A DNA stretch of 64,000 bases, taken from contig NC_045696.1 of assembly GCF_009834535.1 (NCBI RefSeq), forward strand, positions 7,504,001 through 7,568,000. The letters are read 5' to 3'. Under the pieces are notes generated by a model. The model was given only the letters and a program-made list of their open reading frames with translations. It searched no databases and had not been told where the DNA came from. The position numbers and the translations under genes are program-made. Shown piece after piece: positions 50,479 to 62,568 of the stretch; the first letter of the stretch is position 1; every line of letters begins with the position of its first letter. This DNA is from Camelus ferus. Lineage: Eukaryota.

Positions 50479-51606
50479 AGCCAAAAAGGACCAAAGACAT
50501 CACCTGCATACAGTGGGTACTCAGTTTTGGCTTTTTTGTTTTGTTTTTCCTTCTGTTAGGCAACGTAAGACCACAATGACCAACACTAGAACAATTAGAA
50601 CAACAAAATAAAGCACTATTAGGTTATAACCCAAAATATATGATAAATATTATTGAGTTCATACTGATATTAATAAATATGGAATAAATGAGCAAAATAG
50701 GCAAGTATTCTTAGCAGAAGAGTTCCAAATAATTTATGTGGACACTCAGCCCTCAAGAAAGTGGAGTGTGACGCTATAAAACATAGTTTTTAAATTATGC
50801 ATGTTTTTGATTAAAACATATTTTGTGAAAAATAAATTCATCGGTAGTGTAGAATAAAGTTTTTTTTTAATTCCTTTTTTCTTCAGGTAAATGAATGTAA
50901 ATACAGGAAAAGAAATAGACTGTGGTTGAGGCAGTTGGGAATTCAAAGGGCTTTTGTGTTACCAAGTATGTTATCACTGTTCCTTAAATTTTTTTGGATC
51001 CAAGGAAGATCTTTACGCTAAAGAAAGTATTTGGCAAAGGGTACAGAAATCTTAAACTTCATTAGGCTCATGGTTTATAAACTAGGAGAAATCGTGTAAC
51101 TTCAAGTATAGGAATTCCTGCCTGGGAGGTGATGTGGGAAGTAAATAAAATTGAGATTCTCTTTCTAACTCTGCCCTCCTTAATTAAAAATTCTTTCTCA
51201 TATGCTGACTTTCAGCTGTTGCTTAGAAACAAAGAGTAAAGATGTTAACCCTCAGGGCTTCCTGCTTGCCTAGGAGGAGGATACCAAAAGTCAAAACATC
51301 TAAGAGGGCAGAATATTTTTACATAAACAGTGTTGAAGACAAGCAGGGAAATGACCATTTCCTTTCCTTCTGTTTAGGCAGAACCTATTTCCTGTTATCC
51401 ACTCCACAAAGAGCCCTGCACCTCTGAAAGCTGATGCAGAAGCTACAAGATGTTATTGCTCTTGATGTTTTTATGTTCTAAAAGATTTTTTGGAGACAAA
51501 TATGTATATACACATTCCATAGGAATAATATATTCGGTATTTTGGGTTTTTTAAATTAATCAATTAATTTTTATTTTTTCAAAGATAACTAAAATGTACC
51601 ATTTTC

Positions 51607-51740
51607 GGGGGTGGGTATAGCTCAGTGGTTGTAGCTCAATGGTGAGGTCCTGGGCTCAATCCCCAGTACCTCCATTTAAAAATAAATAAATAAAATAAAT
51701 AAACCTAATTACCCACCCCCTGCCAAAAAAAATAAAATAA
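51607..51740 (+). mobile_element. tRNA-Ala-derived SINE (Vic-1-like), internally rearranged head
   Basis: tatagctcagtggt tgtagctcaatggt gaggtcctggg (A-box region duplicated, anticodon arm lost); TSD aaat(g/a)taccatttt. Confidence 0.85.
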
Positions 51741-52017
51741 AATATACCATTTTAACCATTTTTAAGTATACAGTTCAGTGGCATTAACTACACTCATGCT
51801 GTGCAGTCATCACCATCATCCATCTCCAGAACTTCATTGTCTTAAACAAACTCTGTACCCATTAAACTATAACTCCCTTTTCCCCCTCCCCAAGCCCCTG
51901 GGAACCTCGATTCTACTTTCTGTTCTATGAGTTTGATTATTCTAGGAACCTCATATAGGTGGAACCACGCAGTATTTGTCCTTTTGTGACTGGATTATTT
52001 CACTTAGTATCATGTCC

Positions 52018-52407
52018 TGTTAAAAACAAGACAACAGGCCCCAAATGGAGTCACTTACACTAAGCCTCACGTTACCAAACCAAGACTTAATTAGAGTTTT
52101 GGCCTCCTGCAGAAATGGAATCTTAAAGCCGTCAATCAGGAATCACCTGGTCAGCACCAGTGAGGTCATCTGCCTGGTAGGTCCTGCCATCCCCCTTAAG
52201 GAAAGCGACCTTGCCACAACCAGTCTGCTTCTTGCCCCGCTTACTTCTTTATTCCTGCTCTCATCTGCCTGTAAAAGCCTTTCACTTTGCACAGCTCCTC
52301 AGAGCTCCTTTTTAATCTGCTAGATTGGATGCTGCCTGACTCATAAATCCTTGAATAAAGCCAATAAGAACTTTAAAATTTGCTCAGTTGAATTTTGTTT
52401 TTTAAGA
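52018..52407 (+). mobile_element. ERV1-class solo LTR
   Basis: Starts TGTTAAAAA, ends TTTTTAAGA, internal AATAAA near the 3' end, flanks gtcc/gtct, interrupts L1 text. Confidence 0.7.
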
Positions 52408-52414
52408 GTCTTCA

Positions 52415-52690
52415 GGGGGAGGATATAGCTCAAGGGGTAGAGTGCTTGCTTAGCATACACAAGGTCCTGGGTTCAGTCCCCAGTACTTCCTCCAAAATAA
52501 ATAAATAAACCTAACTACCTCTCTTCACAAAAGTAATTTAAAAAATTAAATAATTTAGGGGCGTAGGGTATAGCTCAGTGGTAGAACACCTGCTTAGCAT
52601 ACACAAGGTCCTGGGTTCAATCCCCGTACCTCCATTAACTAAATAAACCTAATTACCTCCCTCCTAAAAAAAATTTTAAAAATAATAAAA
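52415..52690 (+). mobile_element. Two tandem tRNA-Ala-derived SINEs (~52415-52557 and ~52558-52690)
   Basis: Two heads, each with a tail module; outer TSD a(g/a)agtcttca. Confidence 0.9.
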
Positions 52691-52739
52691 AAAGTCTTCA
52701 AGATTCATCTGTGCCGTAGCCAGTTTTAAAATATCCTTT

Positions 52740-52890
52740 CTTTTGTTGTTGTTGCGTTTGTTTGTTTTTTTTGGGGGGGAGATAATTAGGTTTTTATTAA
52801 TTTATTTATTTTAATGGAGGTACTGGGGATTGAACCCAGGACCCTGTGCATGCTAAGCAGGTGCTCTATCACTGAGCTATACCCTCCCCT
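52740..52890 (-). mobile_element. tRNA-Ala-derived SINE (Vic-1-like)
   Basis: Near-consensus head; TSD aatatcc(t/c)ttctttt. Confidence 0.9.
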
Positions 52891-53951
52891 AGAATATCCC
52901 TTCTTTTCAAGGCAGAATAACATTCCATTGTATGGATAGACCACTTTTGTTTAGCCATTCATCCATCGGTGAGCACTTGGGTTGTTTCATCTTTTGGTTA
53001 TTGTGAATAATACCACCAGAAACCGCTTCACAAGTCCCTGTTTTCAATTCTTTTGAGTATATACTCAGAAGTGGGATTGCTAGATGAAATCTATTTGGTC
53101 CTGAATTCTTATTTTAAGGCTTGAGGTTGCTTTTGAAAAAAAAAATTTTAGCATGAAATTTGTGTTCAAGGTATGAACAGGAGAAATTGTAAACGTTTTG
53201 TAACCAAGCTTCCCTCTGTAACTGTGGATGTCCATAGCTTAACCATGTGATAAGTGACAGCTGGACACTGGAAATCATCTCCAGATACTCCGTGTGTTAG
53301 ACCTGCCAGAACTACACCCATACCCTTTACCTCTTAGACTGCATCTACTGCTCTCTCCTCCTACCTCTGGACTATTTGTGGACCAGGAACATCCCAGACA
53401 CACTCACCTCTTGAGTGAAACTGCCCCTTAACTTCTTCAAGTCTTTACTCAAGGGTCCCCTGAGGATGATGCTTTTGTCTGACATTTGTTTAAAGCACCT
53501 CTCTCTCTCTGTCTCACACAGCCCCCAGCATTGCCCATCTTCCTTCCTCTCCTGCTTTATTTTTGTCCATAAATACCTCTCATATTTAACATACTATTTA
53601 AAAAATCTATGTATTTTATTTACTGTCCGCCTCTCCCAATAGGATGTCAGCTTCATGAAGGCAAGGCTTTTGTCTGTTTCTGTTCAATACTGTATCCTGT
53701 GTGCCTGCAACAGCACCTGACACATGGTGGGTGCCTAGTAGGTGTTGAAGAATGTGTAGCTGTGACCATAGTTAGCGTCAGAAGAAAATGAAGGGGTACC
53801 TAGCCGTTGCCCAGTTTAAGTATGTATGTTGACCTAACACCCAAAGTAAGAGAATAAGGAAAGCAATGTTGTATCCACATGTGGCAGATGATTAGTACTG
53901 GGCTATCCCTTCAGGCGGTCCCCAAAGGAAACAGGATGGTACTCCACCCAC

Positions 53952-54385
53952 AGTGGATTGAATAGTGGCCCCCAAAGATAGGCCTAAGTCCTAACCCCCA
54001 GAACCTGTGAATGTGACCTTACATAGCAAAGGAGTCTTTGCAGATCTAATTAAGTTTACCCTGAATCCAATGGCAGGTGTCCTTACAAGAAAAAGGCAGA
54101 GGGAGATCTGAAGCACAGAGACACAGGAAGAAGATGTGAAGAGAGAGGCAGAGACTGGAGTAAGACCTCTACAAGCCAAGGGATGCTGAGGCTTGTGGGC
54201 AGCCATCTGAAGCCAGGAGAGAGGCATGCAGAGAACCCTCCCCAGGGGCCTCCAGGAGGAAACAACCTGAAGACACCTTGATTTCAGGCTTCTGGTCTCT
54301 GGGACCTTGAGAGAAGAAATATCTGTGATTTTAGGCTACCCAGTTTGTGGGAATTTGTTATGGCTGCCCCAGGAAATGAATCCGT
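53952..54385 (+). mobile_element. MaLR MLT1-type solo LTR
   Basis: gtggattgaatagtggccccc..agaacctgtgaatgtgacctta..gaggcagagactggagt..caccttgatttcaggcttctgg..tttgttatggctgccccaggaaa. Confidence 0.85.
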
Positions 54386-54876
54386 CCCCCAGAGCCGTCT
54401 CTAAGACTCACTCTTCTGGCTGTGTCTGTTAAGAGGACAAAGAAACTCATAGTTTCACATTGCCCGCTCCTTTGCAGAGCTGTGTGGGAAAAAAAGACAT
54501 AGATGTGGCAAGCAATATCCAAGAAGCCAGACCCCAGAGCCTGAGATGGAAGGGACCTGTGGTGCCAATTTCTGGCTCCGCTCCATCTCAGGAGTGAGAT
54601 GACAGAAGCTCAGGCAACGGCCTGCCTTCTGCACTAATCATCACTAGTGTAGTAACTGTAACTTTCACGTTTACTGAGCATTTAATATGTGCCTGGCACA
54701 GTGGTCTCCAGGTATGAAGCTGCTCAGGCCACCCAAACTTTAAGGAAGAGAGTAATATTATCCACAGTTTGCAGGTGAGGAAGCCAAATCATGAAGTTAC
54801 ATCCTTTTTCTTCAAGGTCACCCAGAAAATCAGGGCTTAGACTTGAACCCAGGTGGATTCACTCCGGAGTCTGGGG

Positions 54877-55338
54877 AGTTAAAAAACAAAATTCAACCAA
54901 GTCACTGTGAAGAATGAATTGGCTCATTAGGCGATCCATTTATTAGGCAGCTTCCTGTGTAGCAACCAGAGGGGCGCGCTGAGGGATTGTACAAAAGGAA
55001 AGCTTTTATGAGAAGAAGGGTGGGGCAAGGGAGCTGTTAGCAAAAAGAAAAGAAAGGATTCTATTTAGGCCAGGATCTTTTGGGGGGAAGGAAAGGCAAG
55101 GGTTTTATCATGTGATCACCTCTTCTCCCCCTGTGGGGGTTGGGGTGGGGATAGAGAAGGCCCTCGTGACAAATGACCTCCTTGGTGCTGACCAGAAGAT
55201 TTGAAACTGATTGATTCAGATCACATCTCTGGGGAAGGTCAAAACTGCGGTTAGATCGGGTGGTAAGTCTAGGTTTGGTGTCCTGGGATTTTTAGCGTCA
55301 GTGACATCATCTGGGGGCCTGTGGTTTTCTTTTGAATA
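54877..55338 (-). mobile_element. ERV1-class solo LTR related to the one at 52018, inserted at a MIR
   Basis: Reverse complement shares acaggccccc..gtcact..accaaac..agactt at the 5' end and gttgaattttgttttttaa at the 3' end with 52018-52407. Confidence 0.65.
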
Positions 55339-55597
55339 GGGCTTAGCAAGCCTGCTGCACGGAAGGCAGGGCTCCCACAGTCACCGGTTAGAACCGACCT
55401 CCCTTTACAGTCCAGGGGCCTTATCCAGATGAAGGAGAAATTGTATTGGGAAGGGGAGTGGGTGGGGCAGAAAGGCCTAGAGCTCATTCTGATCATCGGC
55501 AGATGAAACCGTCCAGGCTCCGGGTCAGAAGCTAAAATTCTGCTTCTGTTCTGAGAAGTTGAAATTCAGACCCTCCCTGTTTCCTCTGCCCTTCTGG

Positions 55598-55696
55598 GTT
55601 TTGTTTGGTTTTGTTTCTGAATGAAGGTCCTGGGGATTGAACCCAGGACCTCATGCATGCTAAGCATGTGCTCTACCACTGAGCTGTACCCACCCC
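55598..55696 (-). mobile_element. tRNA-Ala-derived SINE (Vic-1-like)
   Basis: ctggggattgaacccaggacctcatgcatgctaagcatgtgctctaccactgagctgtaccc. Confidence 0.9.
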
Positions 55697-57317
55697 TGCC
55701 CCTGGGTTCTTATAGTGCTGAAAGTGAAACATTTTTTGAGGCACACATATTTTAATGGGGCGAAGACAGGAACAAAGGGAGAGTATGAGGAGGAAGAAGC
55801 AGGACAACCCTTGACATCTACGGCTCCAGGAAGTGTAATTTTTTTTCTAACCTTTGAGAGACTGGTGTAGCCTTTTTAGTAAAGGGTTCGCAAACTTCTG
55901 AGCGGTCTCTGCTGGTCAGCTCACTCAGGTGGTCAGGCTCACGCCTAGCACAGGCGCCAGTCCATCACTGTCTCAGGCCAGCAAAACCTCAGGCACGTGA
56001 TCAGAGAGAGGATCTCCCCAGGGACTGGCGTGGCGTGCCCCCAGTGCCTGTGAAGATGGGGCTGTCCCGCAGGACATGACCTTGAGATCATCATACCTCA
56101 TACAAGCTGATTATACCTGAAAGCCTATTGTCCCGTTGGTGGGGCTGCAACCTGGGTGAACACCCTCATTCCTGGCCCCAGTTCTTCCTGACGTTCTCAT
56201 TGCTGGTTCTGGCCCTGCCCCTGCTCTGGACTTCAGCCCCGCTCTCTGAAGCCCTGCTCCCCTGATCTGGCTGACTTGGCGCCACTGCTTTACTCTTTTG
56301 TTCTTTCCTGTGGACACTGTCATACTGGTCCCAGCCCTCATCATTTCATACCCAGAGCTGCCACACCTTCCTCCTGTGGGTCTGTCCTCGCTCTAATGGA
56401 TTCTAGACACTGCCTTGGGATGATTTTTCCTGGTGCTATGCCCTCATTCAGAACTTCTGATGATTCTCTGATGACTCTCTAATAACCTCTTAGCTGAGCC
56501 GTCCGGGATTTCCGTAGCCATTGGCTATTCAGCATCTCCAGCTGACTCCTCACACTACGTCTGTTGTCTGGACGTTCTCCTCGTTCACTTTAAATTTCAT
56601 TTTATTAGTAGATGATGTGTTCCCATGGCTCAAAAAAATCACCCAGTGCAAGAAGTGACAGAATGAAAAGTCCCCTGCCTACCCCTGCTCCCACCACTCC
56701 ATCCCTGGCCCCACTCTTCAAATTTTCTTGTGCATGCTTCAGGGTTCTTTCTGCAAATATGAAAAAGTACAATTATATTTTCTCATCAGACCCCTGTGTT
56801 TTACACAGAAGGTATATGACTACATTCCAGATATTTCTACTTCTATATTAATATACAGAGAACTCCCTTATCTTTCTTCTTCTTCTTTTTTTTCAGGAGA
56901 GGTGCAGTGATCCAGTGTATGGAGTATTGACATTCATGTAACTGTCCCTACCTTGACACTTAAGTGGTTTCCAGCCTTCTGTCTTTACAGAGTATCTCAG
57001 TGAATAACCTGATGTGTACACTCACCATTTTGCACATAAAACCGTATGCACAGGACACGTTCCTAGGGGAGGGGCCTGAGCTTGTTACCCCTCTGCGAGG
57101 TCCCCTTTCCTTTGGTACCTCCCAGGCCTCCATGCCGGGGCCTGTCCCACTCCCTTGGTTCCTTGGGTAGATTTACTCCACCGGCTGATTGGAGTAACTA
57201 GCATAGTGTATGCATGATTCATGCGACACAACGAACACAACTTTATCTTCTCCCATCTCTTTAAAATGTATCCAGTGAAAAATATCTTCACCTGCTCCAG
57301 ATGAAAACCCTAACAGG

Positions 57318-57752
57318 CTGTTTTAATTCCCCAGGGCTTCTGTAACAAAGTACCACAAAATGGATGGCTTAAATGAATTTTACTATCTCACAGTTCTGGT
57401 GGTTAGATATCCAAAATCAAGGTGTTGGCTGGGCCAGGATCCCTCTAAAAGGGTTCCTGTAGGGGAAGCCTTCCCTGCCTCTTCCTAGTGTTGGTGGTTT
57501 GCAGCGTCATTCCAATCTCTGCCTTCGTCATCATGTTGTGTTCCCCTGTGTGTCTCTGGGTTCACATGATTTCCTGGTAAAGGCCCCAGTCATTCTGGTT
57601 TAGGGGCTAACCCTATTCCAATATGACCTCATTTGTAACTAATTACATCTGCAAAGACTCCACTTCCAAATAAGGTCACATTCTAAGTTACTGGGGGTTA
57701 GGACTTCATGTCTTTCTTGGGAAGGGGGTAGGGACACAATTCAACCCATAAT
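57318..57752 (-). mobile_element. MaLR MLT1-type solo LTR
   Basis: ctgtaacaaagtaccacaaaatggatggcttaa..atatgacctcat..aattacatctgcaaagac..ttccaaataaggtcacattct..acacaattcaacccataa. Confidence 0.85.
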
Positions 57753-57793
57753 ATGGGCCCCAAACTTTTCTGCTTATTCTAGGGAGGAGACAA

Positions 57794-58378
57794 TGTTAGG
57801 GTCACTAAGTCACAGTGAGACAGGAGAGAAGGGGGCAGGGTACAACCACTGAAGGAACGACACAGCAGCTAGGTCAAGGATGGTGGGAGATTCAACTCCT
57901 AGTAGACCCTGAGCTTCATTCTACGCTCATTGTAATATATTACCACGGCAAATGACACACCCACAGGTGCCATGGCAGTTCTGACAGTTCAGGGCTAGCC
58001 ATAAAAGGTCAAAAAGTGGGTGATGGCCCAGTTCCTGGGACTCCCTGCCCCTCCCCCAAAGTAGCTGGAATAACCCTCCCAGTTAGCTTAAGACTTTACT
58101 GAGCCCATGAAAACCAACCACCCCAACACCTCAAGGCTGATCACACTTTCCTAGATGACCCCATGCTCTGAGGCCGCCTCTTGCCTTCTAGAGATGACTC
58201 GCACTCTGTCTATGGAGTGTGCATCTCTCTGACTAAATCTACTTTCACTTTACTATAGCTCGCTCTTGAACTCTTTACTGCACGAAGCCAAGGACCCTCA
58301 CTTAATGGGGTACATCCTCAGGGACGAGCCTGGGACCTGGGACATGGCCATCCTCTAGTCCCCATTTTTAGTGTATCA
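57794..58378 (+). mobile_element. Intact-ended ERV1-class solo LTR (585 bp)
   Basis: TG..CA termini (tgttagg...gtatca) with a perfect 4-bp TSD ACAA (57790-57793 / 58379-58382); LTR-like U5 text (cgctcttgaactcttt..cgaagccaagga). Confidence 0.8.
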
Positions 58379-59384
58379 ACAAGCTCATTCTCATTTCAGA
58401 AACTAGTATGTCCAGTTCTCTAGACACATAATCAGTCCTGCAAGCTTCATTCCAAGACCAGCTACAGTCAGGTGTTGCAGCTGGCCTCCTGCCGGAAGGG
58501 GGTGAGGCTGGAGGTGTCCACTCTCTGCTGACCTCCTTGGTGTCCTGCCATGGGCTTCTTCTCCATCCAGCATGGGAGGTGTCAGAGGATGGGACAGGTC
58601 TGCAGTCCTGTGCTCTCAGGTCCTGTGTTGCTGTACTTTTCTCGTCATGAGTATTTCTGGGGTTTCTTTGGAGATTTCCACCTTGGAGACATCTTGACTG
58701 CAAATCTCCTCATTCTGGCAAATGCAACTCGATTTAGGGAATTAACTTGCCATTTCTTCAGCCCTAGAAATTCAATATTCCTCCCTCTGCCTGAGGCAGC
58801 CCTTTTGGACCAGACCCTCAAAAATGCAATGCCAGCTCCTCCTCCCCTCCCCCATGGCCCACATCTGATTCAAAGACTCCTCCTACAGGGAGGCCGCAAC
58901 CCGCTCTTAGCTTTGCCACCTAGGCAGTTGGTCAGATCAGCTCTTCTCTGGATTTCCTATGCGATGCCAGATGTACACCCATGGGGTCCCCTGGCTGCAG
59001 GGACACACAATAACAAGCTCTCTGTGCTTCTCCTGGGGGATGGAGATGAAACCTCACAGCCAAACCAGGGTTCTCCCCACAGAAATCTCCCCTCACATCC
59101 TCTCCTCACTCTGACCCCCTTGTATTTCCTCACTCTGGTGGAGGTGCCGAGGGACCAGCTCACATCACTTTCTTTGCAGCTGTGGTAGGTGGGGGTCTTT
59201 CTCACACTCCCTTTGTGTCTGATACACGTACAGCATTACGGCCCCGCCCCTGCTGACCCCCTTTCTAGCCGTCTCTTCTCACCTGCCAGCACACTGACTA
59301 CACAGTTAACAACAAAGTGGTCGTTTACAAATTCTGTCTGCCTTTTAAAGCAGGTGGCTCCTGAAAATTGAAGGCCTTTTTAAT

Positions 59385-59855
59385 TTTTATTTTTGTAAAT
59401 AAATTATGTTTTGAGAATAGCTTTAGAAAAAATTTGCAAGACAGTGCAGAGTTCCTATAAACCAATCTCCCATTATTATTATTAATAATTATTATTGTTA
59501 TTGAAGCATAGTTTAATGTTATATTAGTTTCAGGTGTATAACATAATGATTCAATATTTGTATATGCCAGTTTCTCATTATTAATACCTTACATAAGTAT
59601 GGTATATTTGTTGCAATTAATAAACCCATATTGATATATTATTTTTAACTATACTCCATACTTTATTCAGATTTCGTGTTTTTTCCCCTATGTGCCTTTT
59701 CTGTCCCAGGATCGCACCCAGACACTGCATTACTTTAACCATCTCCCTAGGGTCCTTTGGGCTTTGAAGGTCTCAGATTCTCCTGGTTATGGATGACCTT
59801 AACAGTTAGGATTTGTCGGACGTTTTTCTCATGATTAATCGGGGCTATGGGTTTG
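59385..59855 (-). mobile_element. L1M 3' end with a small nested younger L1 tail
   Basis: ttgcaagacagtgcagagttcc..cccatattgatatattattt..tctgtcccaggatc. Confidence 0.65.
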
Positions 59856-59859
59856 GGAG

Positions 59860-59881
59860 TGCCATATAATAAAAAATATAC

Positions 59882-59925
<44 letters not shown>

Positions 59926-60575
59926 CTCAATGGTAAATTGCAGTGCTTAGCATTTGCGAGGTCCTGAGTTCAAACCCCAGTCCATCCATTAAAATTTTTT
60001 TATTTTAAAAAATAAAATAAAAATAAAAAAATATATATTTGGTCTTTGTCCCCAGTTCCTGGCAGCGAGCTCCTAAAATCCTTGGAATTCCCTCAGTGAT
60101 AAAAAGAGTCTTTGTTATTCATAATGAGCTTCTTTCAATCATATCTGAGTTTATGCTAATAAGGTGATAATTGGCGTGCTCCTAAAGGGCTTTAGGTTGG
60201 GGGCTGGCAGCTAGACGAGCCAACTGATCAAAGTCTTGGAACTTTCTCCCAGACCTGCTTGAGGAAACCTCCATAAAAAACCCTACACAAAGGGGTTCAG
60301 AGGCAGGTGCTCTCTGGGTGGCACCCGGGAGAGAGTGTGGAGTCTCTGCGTCCCCCGCGCCCCTTCTGTGCATCTCTTCATTGCCTGTTCCTGTAAACCA
60401 GAAACAGTAAGTAAAGCTCTTTGCTGAGTTCTGAGGGTTCTAGGGCATTATCAAGCCCCAAGGGTTAGGTGGTGGCGGGAACCCATGAATTTGTAGTCTT
60501 CTGGGCTTCAGAAATGTGGGGAGCCTGGGTACCACATTTGTGGCTGACTTCCGAAGTGGGGGCAGAGAATTGGTT
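59860..60575. mobile_element. MER21-like LTR, interrupted by a SINE
   Basis: tgccatataataa..atatatttggtctttgtccccagttcctggca..gagctcctaaaatccttggaatt..tatgctaat..gtgcatctcttca..ctgagttctg. Confidence 0.65.
59882..60030 (+). mobile_element. tRNA-Ala-derived SINE (Vic-1-like) with (GT)20 in its 5' leader
   Basis: (GT)20 at 59884-59923 runs into agctcaatggt..gcttagcat..gaggtcctgagttcaaaccccagt; TSD aaaaaatata. Confidence 0.85.
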
Positions 60576-60799
60576 GCTTGTTTTGGAAAAAATATTTGGA
60601 GTGAGTGTGGGGAGTGAGACCAGACAAGGCAAGCGGAGGGCGGCTCTTTGCTGCTCATCTTGATACAAGGATTTATAAGGCTGGAGTAAGGGGGTGAGAG
60701 ACTGTAAGGGGGTGAGAGGCTGGAAGGTGGCATGAAGGAAGGTAAAAAACAATCTACAAGAAACACTCTGCAGGAGTGAAGTCTCCTAGAAGGGAAGCA

Positions 60800-61420
60800 T
60801 CGGTGGGCTTTCTGTGTCCCCTGAGTGTGTCCAGCGTCTAGCGCCGGGGGAGCCTCCGGGCGCAGCAATGGCCTCGCCGTTTGCAAGCCCTTTCCCAGGC
60901 CCCAGCCCAGCCCGCGCGGCGGCCGGGCGGCCACGAGGGGGCGCAGCGCGCGGCGGGGACACGTGGGCGATCCCCTCGCGGAGCAGCCGGCCGGCCTTCC
61001 CTCAGACGTATTCGGGGCGATGGTCAGGGCCCGTGGTCGGGGTGGGACGCGACAGGCCGGGCGCCGCCCCACGGAGGGCCGTATTGTGGGTCACGGCCGC
61101 CGGGTTGCAGCGGGGAAGGCGGCGGACCCGCGCCTGCCGGCGAGACGAGGTGGGGTTTCCGGAAAGGCTGCAAAGGGGCTCCGGGACCGGCTGCGCCACC
61201 GCACTCGCGCGCCTCCCGGCGGGACCCCGGGTGGCTCCGCCGCTCGTCAGTGCGCACGCGTGGCCCGACGCCGCCTGTGCAGCCCCGCCCGCCAGCTTCT
61301 GGCATCGTCGCAGACGCAGTGTCCCAAATGCAAGTATTAGGGGCAAAGAACAGAACATGCCTGCCTGCGGCCGGAAAACGTGGGCGAACTCTTCTGTAAC
61401 CCAGGTGTGGGTGACTTTAT
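60800..61420 (+). promoter_or_regulatory. HLCS: CpG island; probable upstream promoter/non-coding first exon of HLCS
   Basis: The CpG island is clear (CACGTG ~60960, TGCGCACGCG ~61251; candidate donors gag|gtgggg ~61149, cag|gtgtgg ~61404). The gene name rests only on known synteny (HLCS divergent from RIPPLY3); no HLCS coding sequence is in the window. Confidence 0.5.
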
Positions 61421-62449
61421 AATGACCCAATATGCAGATGCAAGGAGAAAAAAAAATTGCTACGTTTGACTACATTGAAAAACAAAAACCTTGTAGCCAA
61501 ACCAACCAAGACTCCTATCGTAAATAAAGTAAAAGCCTGGCTACATATGTCACAGATACAGGGTTAATATCCCAAATATGTCAACAACTCAAAGACTGAG
61601 GGAACCAAAGACCAAAATGTAATTTCAAAAAAGGCATGAAACAGGAATGGGCAACCTGCAAAATATATTTGCGAGGCCACAAAAAATGACCCTTAAACAG
61701 ATGAATGAAAAGATGTTTAGTTCCTCTCCTGATGAAAGAAATGCTCATTTCTCTGAGATTCCACTTCTAACCTATCATGTAAGAAGCCCGAAGCGACAGA
61801 ACAGGCTGTGGGAAAGCAGGGACTCTGGTATATTGCTGGTGGGAGTGCAAGCGGGTTGGGCTCCGGTAGAGGGAAATTTGGCAACATCTAACAAAACTTG
61901 GTGTGCATTTACCCTAGACCCAGCAATTTTACAGCTAGGAGCTTAACTAAAGAAACACTCAAACCCATATGAAAGTATATGTATGTACAAGGCTCCTTAT
62001 TGCAGCGTAGTTTGCAATGACAACATTTTGGAAATAACCTTAGTGACCATGCATTGGCAATTGGTTAAACTCTGATACATCCACACAAGGGGGTACTATG
62101 CAGTTGTAAGAAAGAGTGAGGAAGATTTCTTTGAACTGGTATGGAGTGATTTCTCAGATATATTCATAAGTGAAAAAAATTTAAATACAAGAGAATCATA
62201 TATTATGTCTTTTTTGTATAAAACAAAGGGAAATAGTAAAATATTCAAGTATTTCCTATTTTTGCAAAAAAAAAATATCAGGAAGAATAAACTAGAAACG
62301 AATAAATTGGTTACTTAAAGTGAGTCGGTAGGGATGGGGTAAAAGCCTAAGAGGAAATAACAGTTACTCAAGCATACCTTCTGTTTTTTGGTACCTTTGA
62401 CTTTTAGAAACATGTGAGTATTTTAATATTCAAAAAATAAAATTCTGGT

Positions 62450-62568
62450 GGGGAGGCTATAGCTCAGTGGTAGAGGGCATGCCTAGCATGCACAAGGTCC
62501 TGGGTTCAATCTCCAGAGCCTATATTAAAAATAAATTAATAAATCTACCCCCCCATTTAAAAAAAATT
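62450..62568 (+). mobile_element. tRNA-Ala-derived SINE (Vic-1-like)
   Basis: ggctatagctcagtggtagagggcatgcctagcatgcacaaggtcctgggttcaatc. Confidence 0.9.

Larger units (their letters stand above)
51560..53085 (-). mobile_element. L1M 3' region (minus), host to one LTR and four SINEs
   Basis: L1 text continues across the inserts: ..cacttagtatcatgtc | gtcttcaagattcatc.. | ggcagaataacattccattgtatggatagaccac. Confidence 0.8.

Noticed and set aside
58550..59188. 212-aa plus-strand ORF after the solo LTR, considered as ERV gag or a gene
   Set aside because: The LTR has TSDs on both sides (solo), and I recognise no gag/pol/env or other motif; a BLASTP search would settle it.
60688..60719. Two copies of gtaagggggtgagag
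   Set aside because: Simple short tandem duplication with no evidence of function.
60440..61430. 142-210 aa ORFs on both strands
   Set aside because: CpG-island/LTR sequence with no recognisable similarity to HLCS or other proteins.
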